In this document: in pieces, positions 15,723-25,612 of the stretch
Numbering within the stretch: position 1 is the stretch's first letter
Layout: every line of letters starts with the position of its first letter
The notes under the pieces: generated by a model
Databases searched by the model: none
The model's input: only the letters and a program-made list of their open reading frames with translations
What the model was told of the DNA's origin: nothing
Position numbers and translations under genes: made by a program
Assembly (NCBI GenBank): GCA_037443185.1
Contig: JBBIOV010000005.1
Coordinates: 1-36,458, forward strand
Length of the DNA: 36,458 nt
DNA from: a bacterium
GTDB lineage: Bacteria > Patescibacteriota > Minisyncoccia > 2-01-FULL-47-10 > JBBIMT01
Direction of reading: 5' to 3'

Positions 15723-17240
15723 ATGTCAAAGATTAAAATATTTTCAGTAGCTTTTTTGGGGCTTGATGCGACCATTATTGAAGTAGAGGCAGATATGAGC
15801 AAAGGATTGAGGTCTTTTTCAGTAGTAGGATTACCAGATAATGCTGTCAAGGAGGCAAGAGAGAGAATATCCTCGGCTTTGAAGAATTCCGGATTTCAAT
15901 CGCCAGATAGTATCATTCGAAAAATTAGAATTAATTTAGCCCCAGCTGATATTAAAAAAACTGGTTCTCATTTCGATTTGCCTATATCAATAGCGGTTTT
16001 AAGAGCAACCGAACAAATTTTCTTTGATGATGATAAGACTATTTTTATAGGGGAGCTTGGTCTTGATGGATCGGTTAAACCAGTCAAAGGAGTGTTGCTG
16101 GCTACACTTAAAGCAAAAGAAGAAGGTTTCAAGAAAATATTTTTACCTTTCTCAAATGCTAAAGAGGCATCCTTAATAAAAGATATTGAGATTTTTCCAA
16201 TTAGTCATTTAGCGCAGTTATTAGATCATATTAAAGGCAATAATGTTTTAACTCCTTTTCATGGTAATGTTAATTCCTTTAATCAAAAAAGTCATTTAGC
16301 AGAAACAATTGATTTTTCTGACATTCGTGGTCAAGAGAATGCAAAAAGAGCACTTGAAATTGCAGCAGCTGGCGCTCATAATATTTTATTTTTCGGTCCA
16401 CCTGGTTCAGGGAAAACTTTATTAGCTCGCGCTTTTTCTTCTATATTACCTGAATTAAATTATCAAGAAATTATCGAAACTACAAAAATCTACAGTGTGG
16501 CAGGACTTTTAAATAAAGCAACGCCATTTGTCAGTAAACCACCATATCGCGCACCTCATCATACTATTTCTGAGGCAGCTATGCTTGGTGGCGGCCCACA
16601 TCTTTTGCCTGGAGAAATTTCCTTAGCGCATAATGGAGTTTTATTTTTAGATGAATTGCCTGAATTCCATCGAAATATTTTGGAAGCATTAAGACAGCCT
16701 TTAGAAGAAGGAAAGATACAGGTAACGCGTGCTATTGGTAAAGCCGTTTTTCCAGCTTTCTTTATTTTAATCGGTGCTTATAATCCTTGCCCTTGTGGTT
16801 TTTATAATGATCCTCATCGAGAATGCACCTGCAGTGCTTTTCAGGTGCATAAATATCAAAGAAAAATTTCCGGGCCTATTAAAGATAGAATAGATATGCA
16901 GATTTTTGTGCCGCGAGTAGAAAGCGAAAAAGTAATTAACTTAAAAAGAGAAGGTAGTACCTCTGAAGAGATAAAAAAAAGGGTTCAGGCGGCAAGAAAG
17001 TTACAAATGAAAAGGCAAAAAATGTTAAATTCACGTTTAAATTTTTTAGCCATAAAAAAATATTGTCCACTCGATGAAATATCAAAGGCTTCATTAAAGG
17101 CTTCCGCTGATAAATTTTTCCTCTCGCCGCGCCAGATTCATAGAACTATAAAAGTTGCTCGCACTATTGCGGATCTTGAAGGTGCTGAGCATATTCAAAA
17201 TAATCATATTTTGGAAGCGCTTCAATATAGAGTGCAATAA
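15723..17240 (+). CDS. comM: YifB/ComM Mg-chelatase-like AAA+ helicase
   Basis: VVGLPD.AVKEARER, NLAPADIKK.GSHFDLP, GPPGSGKT, PGEISLAHNGVLFLDE, NPCPCG. Confidence 0.95.
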   Translation: MSKIKIFSVAFLGLDATIIEVEADMSKGLRSFSVVGLPDNAVKEARERISSALKNSGFQSPDSIIRKIRINLAPADIKKTGSHFDLPISIAVLRATEQIFFDDDKTIFIGELGLDGSVKPVKGVLLATLKAKEEGFKKIFLPFSNAKEASLIKDIEIFPISHLAQLLDHIKGNNVLTPFHGNVNSFNQKSHLAETIDFSDIRGQENAKRALEIAAAGAHNILFFGPPGSGKTLLARAFSSILPELNYQEIIETTKIYSVAGLLNKATPFVSKPPYRAPHHTISEAAMLGGGPHLLPGEISLAHNGVLFLDELPEFHRNILEALRQPLEEGKIQVTRAIGKAVFPAFFILIGAYNPCPCGFYNDPHRECTCSAFQVHKYQRKISGPIKDRIDMQIFVPRVESEKVINLKREGSTSEEIKKRVQAARKLQMKRQKMLNSRLNFLAIKKYCPLDEISKASLKASADKFFLSPRQIHRTIKVARTIADLEGAEHIQNNHILEALQYRVQ

Positions 17241-17341
17241 TGAGTAGACATTATTATGAGAGCCAAAAGTAAATGCTGGCCTTAAATAGTTAAATTTGGG
17301 TTATTTTATTTTTCCATAGTTTTTGGTATAATTTAAGCTAT

Positions 17342-18940
17342 ATGGAAGAAAAAAATAAACGGATTATTCTTTTAATACTTGATGGATTTGGTGTTTCGAT
17401 AAGAACCCAGGGTAATGCCATAGCTGCGGCTAGAACGCCGACTTTCGATTATTTAGAAAAAAATTATCCTTTTGCTACTTTAAAGGCGTCTGGTATTGCA
17501 GTTGGACTTTCTTGGCTTGAACCAGGAAATTCAGAAGTTGGTCATATGGCTATTGGAACTGGAAGAATTATATATCAATATCTTCCTCGTATTATTCAAG
17601 CGGTTCGAGACGGGTCTTTTTTTAAAAATAAAGCGTTTTTAGGAGCGGTAGAACATATCAAAAAAAATAACTCAAACTTGCATATTATGGGACTTATCGG
17701 TTCTGGGTCTGTACATTCATACATTGATCATCTTTATGCTTTATTAGATTTGTGTTTAAAAGAACAAATTGCAGATAAAACTTATCTTCATTTGTTCACC
17801 GATGGTCGCGATAGCCCAATAGAAGAAGGAGCAAAATTTTTGACGCAAATTCAAGAGCGTATCCAAAAATTAAACGCTGGTAAAATAGCGACGATTATTG
17901 GTCGTTTTTATTCAATGGATCGAGATTTGAATTGGGATAGGACTCAAAAGGCGTATGAATTAATGACAGAAGGAAAAGGAGAGGAAATTAACGATATAGC
18001 GATTTCGTTGACTAAAAATTATGCAAAAGGAATTACTGATGAAATGATTCCTCCTTTGGTTGTAAAACAAAATGATAAAATGCCTCAATTTATTAAAGAT
18101 GGCGACGCTGTAATATTCTTTAATTATCGTGAAGACAGTGCCCGTCAATTAACTAAAGCGTTTTTAGGTTTTGAAAATCCTGTCTTTCAACCTAAAAAAC
18201 TCAAAGATTTATATTTTGTGACAATGACGCAGTATGACGCAAATTTTAAAAATGTGTATGTTGCTTTTGAACCCCCAGAAGTAAAAAATTGTTTAAGCGA
18301 GGTTTTATCAAAACACAACATCAAACAACTTCGTATCGCCGAGACCGAAAAATATGCGCACATTACTTATTTTTTTAATGGCGCGATAGAAAAACCATTT
18401 TTTAATGAGGAAAGGGAATTAATTCCTTCACTTCAAGTTACATCTTTTGCGACTAATCCTGAAATGAGAGCGGCTGAAATTACTGATAAATTATTAAATC
18501 ATCTGGAAAAAAATCGTGATATCGACTTCTATGCTGTAAATTTTGCTAATCCTGATATGGTTGCCCACACAGCAGATTTTAACGCTACAGTCAAAGCTAT
18601 TGAAGTAGTGGATGCAAATTTAAAAAAAATCGTCTTTTTTGTTGAAAAAAATGATGATATTATTCTTTTAGTTACAGCAGATCATGGCAACGCAGAATTA
18701 ATGATTGATCCATATACTGGTGAAAAACTACCGGATCATACAACAAACAATGTTCCATTGTTTATTGTTTGTCCGAAAATAAAAAGAGAAAATACGACTC
18801 TTGACACTTTTAAAGCAAAACGGGAAGCAAAAGGTTTCCTTTCAGACATTGCGCCAACGATTTTAGATATTTTTAAAATTCCTATTCCTCCTGAAATGAC
18901 AGGGAAATCATTATTAAAAGGATTAAATATCCAATTGTGA
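17342..18940 (+). CDS. gpmI: 2,3-bisphosphoglycerate-independent phosphoglycerate mutase
   Basis: LLILDGFG, GNSEVGH, FTDGRD, MDRD, AETEKYAH, NFANPDMVAH, TADHGNAE. Confidence 0.97.
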   Translation: MEEKNKRIILLILDGFGVSIRTQGNAIAAARTPTFDYLEKNYPFATLKASGIAVGLSWLEPGNSEVGHMAIGTGRIIYQYLPRIIQAVRDGSFFKNKAFLGAVEHIKKNNSNLHIMGLIGSGSVHSYIDHLYALLDLCLKEQIADKTYLHLFTDGRDSPIEEGAKFLTQIQERIQKLNAGKIATIIGRFYSMDRDLNWDRTQKAYELMTEGKGEEINDIAISLTKNYAKGITDEMIPPLVVKQNDKMPQFIKDGDAVIFFNYREDSARQLTKAFLGFENPVFQPKKLKDLYFVTMTQYDANFKNVYVAFEPPEVKNCLSEVLSKHNIKQLRIAETEKYAHITYFFNGAIEKPFFNEERELIPSLQVTSFATNPEMRAAEITDKLLNHLEKNRDIDFYAVNFANPDMVAHTADFNATVKAIEVVDANLKKIVFFVEKNDDIILLVTADHGNAELMIDPYTGEKLPDHTTNNVPLFIVCPKIKRENTTLDTFKAKREAKGFLSDIAPTILDIFKIPIPPEMTGKSLLKGLNIQL

Positions 18941-19071
18941 ATTTATTTTATCTAATAAAAATTTTTGTTTAGGTGCAAATTCTAATCTTAAAAAATTACT
19001 TTATAATTAAAAAAATTTTTAAAGACAAATATCAAAAAATTACTTTCATTTAAAATTTAAGATAATAAATT

Positions 19072-19443
19072 ATGGAATTAAAAGAAGTAAAATTGCCAGA
19101 CATTGAAAAAATAAAACAAGAGGCTATCGAAAAATCGGTTGCTTATAAAGAGAAAAGTAAAGCTGAAATCTCTCATGAAGTTATCGCTTTAAAAGAACAC
19201 ATTTCTAAGATATTGTTGCCAGAAGCAGTACACCAGGAAGCGCATCAGCATAGTCAAGCCCTTAAAAATTTACCAGATGAAACAAAAATATCAAAATTAA
19301 TTGAGTTAGCCTTTGAGAAAGGTCCCTTAACAGCGATTGAAATAGCCAAAAAAATGAATGACGCTTATATCCTTGATGCTTTGCACGATATTTTAAGTAA
19401 AGATGAATTATTTTATAAATTAGTGGCGCTTGGTAAAATTTAG
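19072..19443 (+). CDS. hypothetical protein, probably co-transcribed with the VirD4-like ATPase
   Basis: 123-aa helical ORF ending 14 nt before the ATPase; motif YILDALHD. Confidence 0.8.
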   Translation: MELKEVKLPDIEKIKQEAIEKSVAYKEKSKAEISHEVIALKEHISKILLPEAVHQEAHQHSQALKNLPDETKISKLIELAFEKGPLTAIEIAKKMNDAYILDALHDILSKDELFYKLVALGKI

Positions 19444-19457
19444 TTAAAAATTTAAAA

Positions 19458-21890
19458 ATGATGAACACCTATTATTTTACTCTTTTTATTTTAGCGCTTT
19501 TTTTGATTACAGGTGTTTTAGCATATATTTTTTTGGCGTTTTTTTCAAGAAGACAAGTAGGACATCTCAGGTCATTGTTAGGTTGCAGTGTTTATTTGAT
19601 TCAAGCTCCTAAACTGACGCAAGAACAAAAAGAAAATTCGCAAAAAAATTATAAAGAATTGATAGGAGCAGCTGAACAAATCTACAGTGCCTGTTTAAAT
19701 ATAGGTAGTGTTGGATTTTGGAAACAATTCCTTGAGGGTCCGCCGGTGATTGCTTTTGAAATAGTATCGCCTACTCATGAGAATCAAATTAATTTTTTTG
19801 TTGCTATAAGCAAAGCATACGAACAAGAAATTGTAAAAACTATTCAAGGGGCATATCCTGAAGCTCATTTGGAAAAAGTTTCCGAAGATTATAGCATTTT
19901 TAAGTTGCATCAAGTGCAAGCCGGCTCAATTATTAAATTAGCAGGAAATGATTTTTTGCCCATACAAACTTATCTAAATTTAGCTCAGGATCCACTTTCA
20001 CAAATCACAAACGCTTTATCTAAGATTCCTAAAAATGAAGGAGCAGCGGTGCAAATCGTTTTAGTTAAAGCTCCTTTGAGTTTAGAGGAAAAAGGGAAGA
20101 AAATTCTTGAATATCTTTATATGGGAAAAAGTTTTCATGAAAGTTTAAAGAGAGCATCATTTAATTTTGAGAAAATTTGGCGCTTTTTTGCAACAAATGA
20201 GCAAAAGCAAAAAAGAGAAATGGAAGAAACAACAAAAAATCAACCAGATCAAAAAATGATTGAAAATGTTTCCTTTAAATTATCAAAACCGCTTTTTTTT
20301 GTAAATATTCGACTTATAGCTTCCGCTGATACTCAAGAAAAATCAGAAAATATTTTAAAATCTCTTGAGGCTGGGTTTGGTCAATTCGCTAATCCCTTGG
20401 GTTCAAAATTTTATATTCAAAGAGTTAAGAAATGGAGACTTCAAAAACATATTTATAATTTTATTTTCAGAAGTTTTTCATCTAAAGAAAAAATTCTTTT
20501 AAATACCGCCGAATTAGCAAGTATTTTCCATCTATCTTTAGGAAATCTTCAAACCCCATCATTGAAAATATTAAAGGTGAGAGAAGTTGCTCCTCCGCCT
20601 GATTTGCCAAGTGACGGAGAAATTAAAATAGGAGAGACTGTATTCCGTGGAGAAAGAAAAGAAGTATATTTTGGTTCTGTTGATGATAGACGGCGGCATA
20701 TGTATGTTATTGGGCAAACTGGTACTGGCAAAACAGCTCTTTTTGAAGAATTAATTAGACAAGATATTGAAAAAGGTAGGGGAGTAGGAGTAATTGATCC
20801 GCACGGAGATTTGATTAATGCTACACTTTCTCATATCCCAAAAGAGCGAGCAGAAGATGTTATTGTTTTTGAACCATTTGATATGGCTCGACCCATTGGT
20901 CTTAATATGCTTGAATACGACAGTCCTGAACAAAAAGATTTCGCAGTTCAAGAAATGATTGCAATATTTGAAAAACTTTTTCCGCCAGAAATAATTGGCC
21001 CAATGTTTGAACATTATATGAGAAATGCAATGTTAGCTTTAATGGCTGATTCTTCGAGCCCTGGCACTTTAGTTGAGATTCCGCGTATTTTTACTGATGA
21101 TGCTTTTATGCAAATCAAACTTGAGAAAGTTTCTGATCCTGTGGTAAGGTTATTTTGGGAAAGAGAGTGGCGCCAAACAACCGCGGCAACCAAATCAGAT
21201 ATGTTAGGTTATGTTGTTTCAAAAGTAGGAAGATTTGTTGAAAATGAAATGATGCGAAATATTATTGGTCAGCAAAAATCAGGTTTCAATTTAAGAGAAA
21301 TAATGGATAGTAGAAAAATATTTTTAGCTAATTTGTCTAAAGGGCAAACAGGAGAAGTTAATGCGGCTTTGCTTGGTCTTATTTTAGTTTCTAAAATTCA
21401 AATGGCAGCAATGAAAAGATCTGATATTGTAAAAGAAGAAAGACGCGACTTTTATTTATACATAGACGAATTTCAAAATTTTACTACGAACTCTATCGCT
21501 ACTATTTTATCAGAAGCGAGAAAATATCGTTTAAATCTTATTGTTGCTCATCAATTTATTACTCAATTGGATGAAAAAATTCGTGATGCTGTTTTTGGCA
21601 ATGTTGGTTCAATGTTTTTTTTCAGAATTGGCGCTCAAGATGCTGAATTTGCTGAAAAACAATTTTTGCCGGAATTTTCCAAACAAGATTTAATTAATTT
21701 AGATAATTTTTATGCTCTATCTAAAATTGTTATCAATGGGAAAACTTCGCGACCATTTATGTTAAAAACAGTAAAACCAGCTCCAGGCAATAAAGTAATT
21801 GTTGAACCTCTTAAAAAAATATCCAAGCTCAAATATGGTAGACCCAAAGAAATTGTTGAAAAAGAGATTATCGAAAGAGCTAAACTGTGA
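19458..21890 (+). CDS. membrane-anchored VirD4/TraD/HerA-like (type IV coupling protein-like) ATPase
   Basis: N-terminal TM helix; DRRRHMYVIGQTGTGKT (Walker A), VIDPHGD, LYIDEFQNF (Walker B), SEARKYRL.L.VAHQ. Confidence 0.88.
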   Translation: MMNTYYFTLFILALFLITGVLAYIFLAFFSRRQVGHLRSLLGCSVYLIQAPKLTQEQKENSQKNYKELIGAAEQIYSACLNIGSVGFWKQFLEGPPVIAFEIVSPTHENQINFFVAISKAYEQEIVKTIQGAYPEAHLEKVSEDYSIFKLHQVQAGSIIKLAGNDFLPIQTYLNLAQDPLSQITNALSKIPKNEGAAVQIVLVKAPLSLEEKGKKILEYLYMGKSFHESLKRASFNFEKIWRFFATNEQKQKREMEETTKNQPDQKMIENVSFKLSKPLFFVNIRLIASADTQEKSENILKSLEAGFGQFANPLGSKFYIQRVKKWRLQKHIYNFIFRSFSSKEKILLNTAELASIFHLSLGNLQTPSLKILKVREVAPPPDLPSDGEIKIGETVFRGERKEVYFGSVDDRRRHMYVIGQTGTGKTALFEELIRQDIEKGRGVGVIDPHGDLINATLSHIPKERAEDVIVFEPFDMARPIGLNMLEYDSPEQKDFAVQEMIAIFEKLFPPEIIGPMFEHYMRNAMLALMADSSSPGTLVEIPRIFTDDAFMQIKLEKVSDPVVRLFWEREWRQTTAATKSDMLGYVVSKVGRFVENEMMRNIIGQQKSGFNLREIMDSRKIFLANLSKGQTGEVNAALLGLILVSKIQMAAMKRSDIVKEERRDFYLYIDEFQNFTTNSIATILSEARKYRLNLIVAHQFITQLDEKIRDAVFGNVGSMFFFRIGAQDAEFAEKQFLPEFSKQDLINLDNFYALSKIVINGKTSRPFMLKTVKPAPGNKVIVEPLKKISKLKYGRPKEIVEKEIIERAKL

Positions 21891-21987
21891 GTTTAAAATG
21901 TGTTAGCTTTGTAAAATTAATTTATAGAAAATTTAAATTAAAAACCAAATTTCATTTCGAATCTTTCTTTATCTTTTTTATCGTTTT

Positions 21988-22584
21988 TTACTTTCTCTTG
22001 GAAATAATTTTATCAATTAAACCGTATTTTCTTGCCTCTTCAGCAGATAAATAAAATTCCCGATCAGTATCTGCTTCAATTTGTTTTAAAGACTTTCCTG
22101 TATTTGCAGCAAGTATTTTATTTAATTTGTGGCGCATTTTCATAATATGCTCAGTGGTAATTTTAATTTCTATTGCTTGACCTTCAACACCACCCATCAC
22201 TTGATGAAGCATGACTTCGGCATTGGGTAATGCAAATCTCTTACCTTTTGTGCCTGAAGATAAAATAACTGCTGCCATTGATGCTGCCATTCCGATGCAA
22301 ATTGTTTGTACCTGACAAGACAAATAACGAATTGTATCATAAATTGCAAGACCAGCTGTAACAACGCCTCCTGGGCTATTGATATAAAGCTTAATATCTT
22401 TTTTTGAATCTTTGTTTTCAAGATAAAGCATCTGAGCAATAACCGTATTGGCGACTGCATCATTGATTGGCCCACCAATGAAAATGATTCTATCTTCTAA
22501 AAGCCTCGAATAAATATCGTAAGCGAAAATGCCATGTCGCGGCGATTTTTCTAAAACTGTTGGAACAATGTATTGATTGCGCAT
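21988..22584 (-). CDS. clpP: ATP-dependent Clp protease proteolytic subunit
   Basis: [32 protein letters not shown]. Confidence 0.97.
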   Translation of the reverse strand: MRNQYIVPTVLEKSPRHGIFAYDIYSRLLEDRIIFIGGPINDAVANTVIAQMLYLENKDSKKDIKLYINSPGGVVTAGLAIYDTIRYLSCQVQTICIGMAASMAAVILSSGTKGKRFALPNAEVMLHQVMGGVEGQAIEIKITTEHIMKMRHKLNKILAANTGKSLKQIEADTDREFYLSAEEARKYGLIDKIISKRK

Positions 22585-22701
22585 AGATTAAAATTTTTAA
22601 AAAAAATGCTTAAATTTAATTAAAAAAAATAATATAACATCTTAACATTTTATCTATTGATTTGCAACACATTTAATTTTTTTATCTGGTATCCTTGGAT
22701 T

Positions 22702-23991
22702 TTATTTTTCGTATCCTACTATTTTTTCAAGTAAATTGAATACTTTTTCGTAAATAATCTCTTGTCTTACGCGATTTTTCAATTCTTCAGGCTGAAAATC
22801 CTGCAATGCATCATTTATGGAATAATAATGTTTTAAAATGTCATTAGCCTTGGCTGTAATTTCTTTTTCATCGGCTTCAATATTTTTTTCTTTAGCTATT
22901 TTTTCCAAAATCAAAAAATTTTTTATTCTTTTTTCAGCTTCTTTTTTTAAATCTTCGAAAACTTTTTTTTCATCAGTCTCCATTTTTTTTAAATAATCAC
23001 TCCATAACAACCCGCCAGATTGTATATTTTCTTTAAAATTATCTAAAAGATTTAAGGCTTCTTGTTCTATTAAAAGGGGAGAAATTGAAAATGAAAAAAT
23101 TGTTCTCATTTTAGTTAAAATATCTTCTCGGATTTTATTTCTTTGCTCGTTTGTTTTTTCTATTAAAAGACCTTTTTGCAATGATTTTTTTAATTCTTTA
23201 ACGGAATTAAAATTCCCTAAACTTTTGACAAAACTATCAGTTAATTGAGGCAGTTGTCTTTCAAAAACAGCGTTCATTTTTACTTCAAAATCGACTCTTT
23301 TGCCAGCAATTTCTTTGTGTTGATAATCACTTGGTATATCTAAAGAAAATCGCCTTTCTTCATTAGCTGCCATTTCTTCAAGCGCTTCTTCAAATCCTGG
23401 TACGAAACTACCTTTTCCCAAGATAAAGCCATAATTTTTTGCATATCCATTTTCTATTAAAACACCGCCGATTTTAGCGGTAAAATCTATATTGACATAA
23501 TCTCCTTTTTTTGATTTGCGAGACACTTTAACAATTTTTGCGCGCGAATTAATAATATAATCTATTTCTTGATTAATTTCTTTTTCAGTAACTTCAGGTT
23601 TTTTAGGCAAAGTAATTTTTAATTGATTTTCAAAATTACCGATTTCAAATTTAGGGAATATAGGATAGGTAATACGGTATTCAAAATCGTCTCCTTGAGC
23701 TAACTTAATAATGTCAATTTTAGGCTTGCCGATATAAGAAAAATCATTTTTTTTAATAGCCTTATTGAAAGTATCTTTTAAAGTAATATTTAAAAATTCA
23801 TCCAATATCGCTGAGTTACCGAAATAATTTTTGACAACTTCAAAAGGCGCCATTCCTGGACGAAAGCCTTTTATGGGTTTTTCTTTAGAAAGATTAAAAG
23901 CGGCTTTTTTGAAATACTCGTTTGCTTCTTCTAAGGGCACAAATACTGAGATTTCAACCTCAGTTTCTGTTTTTTTTACCGTTGTGCGCAT
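22702..23991 (-). CDS. tig: trigger factor
   Basis: GFRPGMAP ribosome-binding motif; FKBP domain (GDYVNIDF..FVPGFEEAL); SD AAGGAG upstream. Confidence 0.95.
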   Translation of the reverse strand: MRTTVKKTETEVEISVFVPLEEANEYFKKAAFNLSKEKPIKGFRPGMAPFEVVKNYFGNSAILDEFLNITLKDTFNKAIKKNDFSYIGKPKIDIIKLAQGDDFEYRITYPIFPKFEIGNFENQLKITLPKKPEVTEKEINQEIDYIINSRAKIVKVSRKSKKGDYVNIDFTAKIGGVLIENGYAKNYGFILGKGSFVPGFEEALEEMAANEERRFSLDIPSDYQHKEIAGKRVDFEVKMNAVFERQLPQLTDSFVKSLGNFNSVKELKKSLQKGLLIEKTNEQRNKIREDILTKMRTIFSFSISPLLIEQEALNLLDNFKENIQSGGLLWSDYLKKMETDEKKVFEDLKKEAEKRIKNFLILEKIAKEKNIEADEKEITAKANDILKHYYSINDALQDFQPEELKNRVRQEIIYEKVFNLLEKIVGYEK

Positions 23992-24025
23992 TAAATTGAC
24001 TCCTTTTTATTTATTACTGATTTTT

Positions 24026-25318
24026 TTAAGTATTGTTATCTTTTAAGTTTTTATTATCGCCACTATTTTGTTCAATGCCATTATTTTGCGCTGAAATTTT
24101 TTCGTTTATTTGTTCAGGTTTGCCCTGAACTTTTACATCTATTTTCCAACCAGTTAATTTAGCGGCTAAACGGACATTTTGACCCTTTTTACCGATTGCC
24201 AGACTTTGTTGATCTGGTGTTACCCAGGCAGTAGCAGTTTTTGTTTTTTCATCTAAATCAATACTTGAAATTTTAGCTGGACTTAAAGAATTCATAATAA
24301 ATTCTTTTTCGTCTTTGCTCCATTTTATGATATCAATTTTTTCAGAGCCAAATTCATTGATGATTGCAGATATACGAGCGCCGCGTTGTCCAACACAAGC
24401 TCCTATTGGATCCACTTCAGGATTTGCTGAATAAACTGCTACTTTGGATCGTGAGCCTGCTTCTCGAGCAATACTTTTTATTTCAACTACTTTGTTGGCT
24501 ATTTCAGGTACTTCTATCTCCAGCATTTTTTTTATCATTTCAGCACTTGCTCTTGATAGGAAAATTATTGGCCCTCTTTGCCCGGATTCAATTGAAGATA
24601 CATAAAAAGACATTCGGTCTTGTTCGCGGTATTTTTCATTGAAGATTTGTTCCTCTTTGGGGAAGATGCCTACGGCTTTACCTAAATCCACATAAATTAA
24701 CTGCGGTTGAATTTTTTGAATAAATCCACTGATTATTTGTCCGACTTTTTTCTTAAATTCCTCATATACACTTTCTCTTTCAGCTTCGCGTATCTTTTGG
24801 ATAATAACTTGTTTGGCAGTTTGAGCGGCAATACGGCCAAAATCCTCTTTAAAGGGAAGAGGGAAAAGCAGTTTATCACCTAAAGATACTTTTTTAATAA
24901 ATTTTTTAGCAGCATCAAGTAAAATATGTCTTTGAGGCTTAAATCTTAAAGGAATTTCTTTTAGTTTGTCTAATTCTTCTTTTGTTGTTTTATTTAATAT
25001 TATTTCTTCCGGTTTAAATTTAGACAATTCTTCTATCTGTATTTTCAAAGCTTCCTTTAACTTTTCTTGGGTAGTTTGACCATCTTTTCCGTCTTCATTT
25101 TTTAATAAAGACTCGTCAACTATTATTTTTTCTTCATAGATTTTTATCTCTTTTTTGTCAGGATTGATTGAGGCAATGATTTTTTGGCCCTTTTTGCCGA
25201 ATTCCTTTTTATAAGCCGCGGCAAAAGCCATCTCCACTGTTTGGAGAATTTTTTCTTTGTTCAAATCTTTTTCGGCTGCAATTTGTTCTACAGCCAATAA
25301 AAGTTCTTTAAAAACCAT
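24026..25318 (-). CDS. nusA: transcription termination/antitermination factor NusA (ATG at 25318 preferred over TTG at 25357)
   Basis: FGRIAAQTAKQVIIQKIREAERE, AREAGSRSKVAV, DPIGACVGQRG, AIGKKGQNVRLAAKLTGWKID. Confidence 0.96.
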   Translation of the reverse strand: MVFKELLLAVEQIAAEKDLNKEKILQTVEMAFAAAYKKEFGKKGQKIIASINPDKKEIKIYEEKIIVDESLLKNEDGKDGQTTQEKLKEALKIQIEELSKFKPEEIILNKTTKEELDKLKEIPLRFKPQRHILLDAAKKFIKKVSLGDKLLFPLPFKEDFGRIAAQTAKQVIIQKIREAERESVYEEFKKKVGQIISGFIQKIQPQLIYVDLGKAVGIFPKEEQIFNEKYREQDRMSFYVSSIESGQRGPIIFLSRASAEMIKKMLEIEVPEIANKVVEIKSIAREAGSRSKVAVYSANPEVDPIGACVGQRGARISAIINEFGSEKIDIIKWSKDEKEFIMNSLSPAKISSIDLDEKTKTATAWVTPDQQSLAIGKKGQNVRLAAKLTGWKIDVKVQGKPEQINEKISAQNNGIEQNSGDNKNLKDNNT

Positions 25319-25479
25319 ATTTTTTAAAAATAATGTCTTAAAATTATGATTTATCAAAAAAAATTGTTACAAAAATTATAGTTTATTTTTCATCGCTAAT
25401 TTAATTTCAATTTATTTTTTCATCGCCTTTTCGATTGTTAGATTGTTTTTAAAAATTTTTTAAATTTTCGATAACTTTT

Positions 25480-25514
25480 AATAAAACAGCCGCTTCCCTT
25501 ATCCAGAAAAGCGG
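25480..25514 (-). terminator. attenuator-like hairpin in the nusA leader
   Basis: Minus strand CCGCTT-TTCTGGATAAGGG-AAGCGG then CTGTTTTATT, shortly after the promoter. Confidence 0.55.
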
Positions 25515-25535
25515 ACACAACAACTTTATTTATAA

Positions 25536-25563
25536 AGTGTAGCAGGTTATTATATAAAGTCAA
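25536..25563 (-). promoter_or_regulatory. promoter of nusA-tig-clpP
   Basis: TTGACT (25563-25558) - 16 nt - TG-C-TACACT (-10 at 25541-25536). Confidence 0.6.
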
Positions 25564-25612
25564 TACTTTCTAATTTACAATATTTCTTAAATTTTAATTA
25601 ATGTTATAAAAA

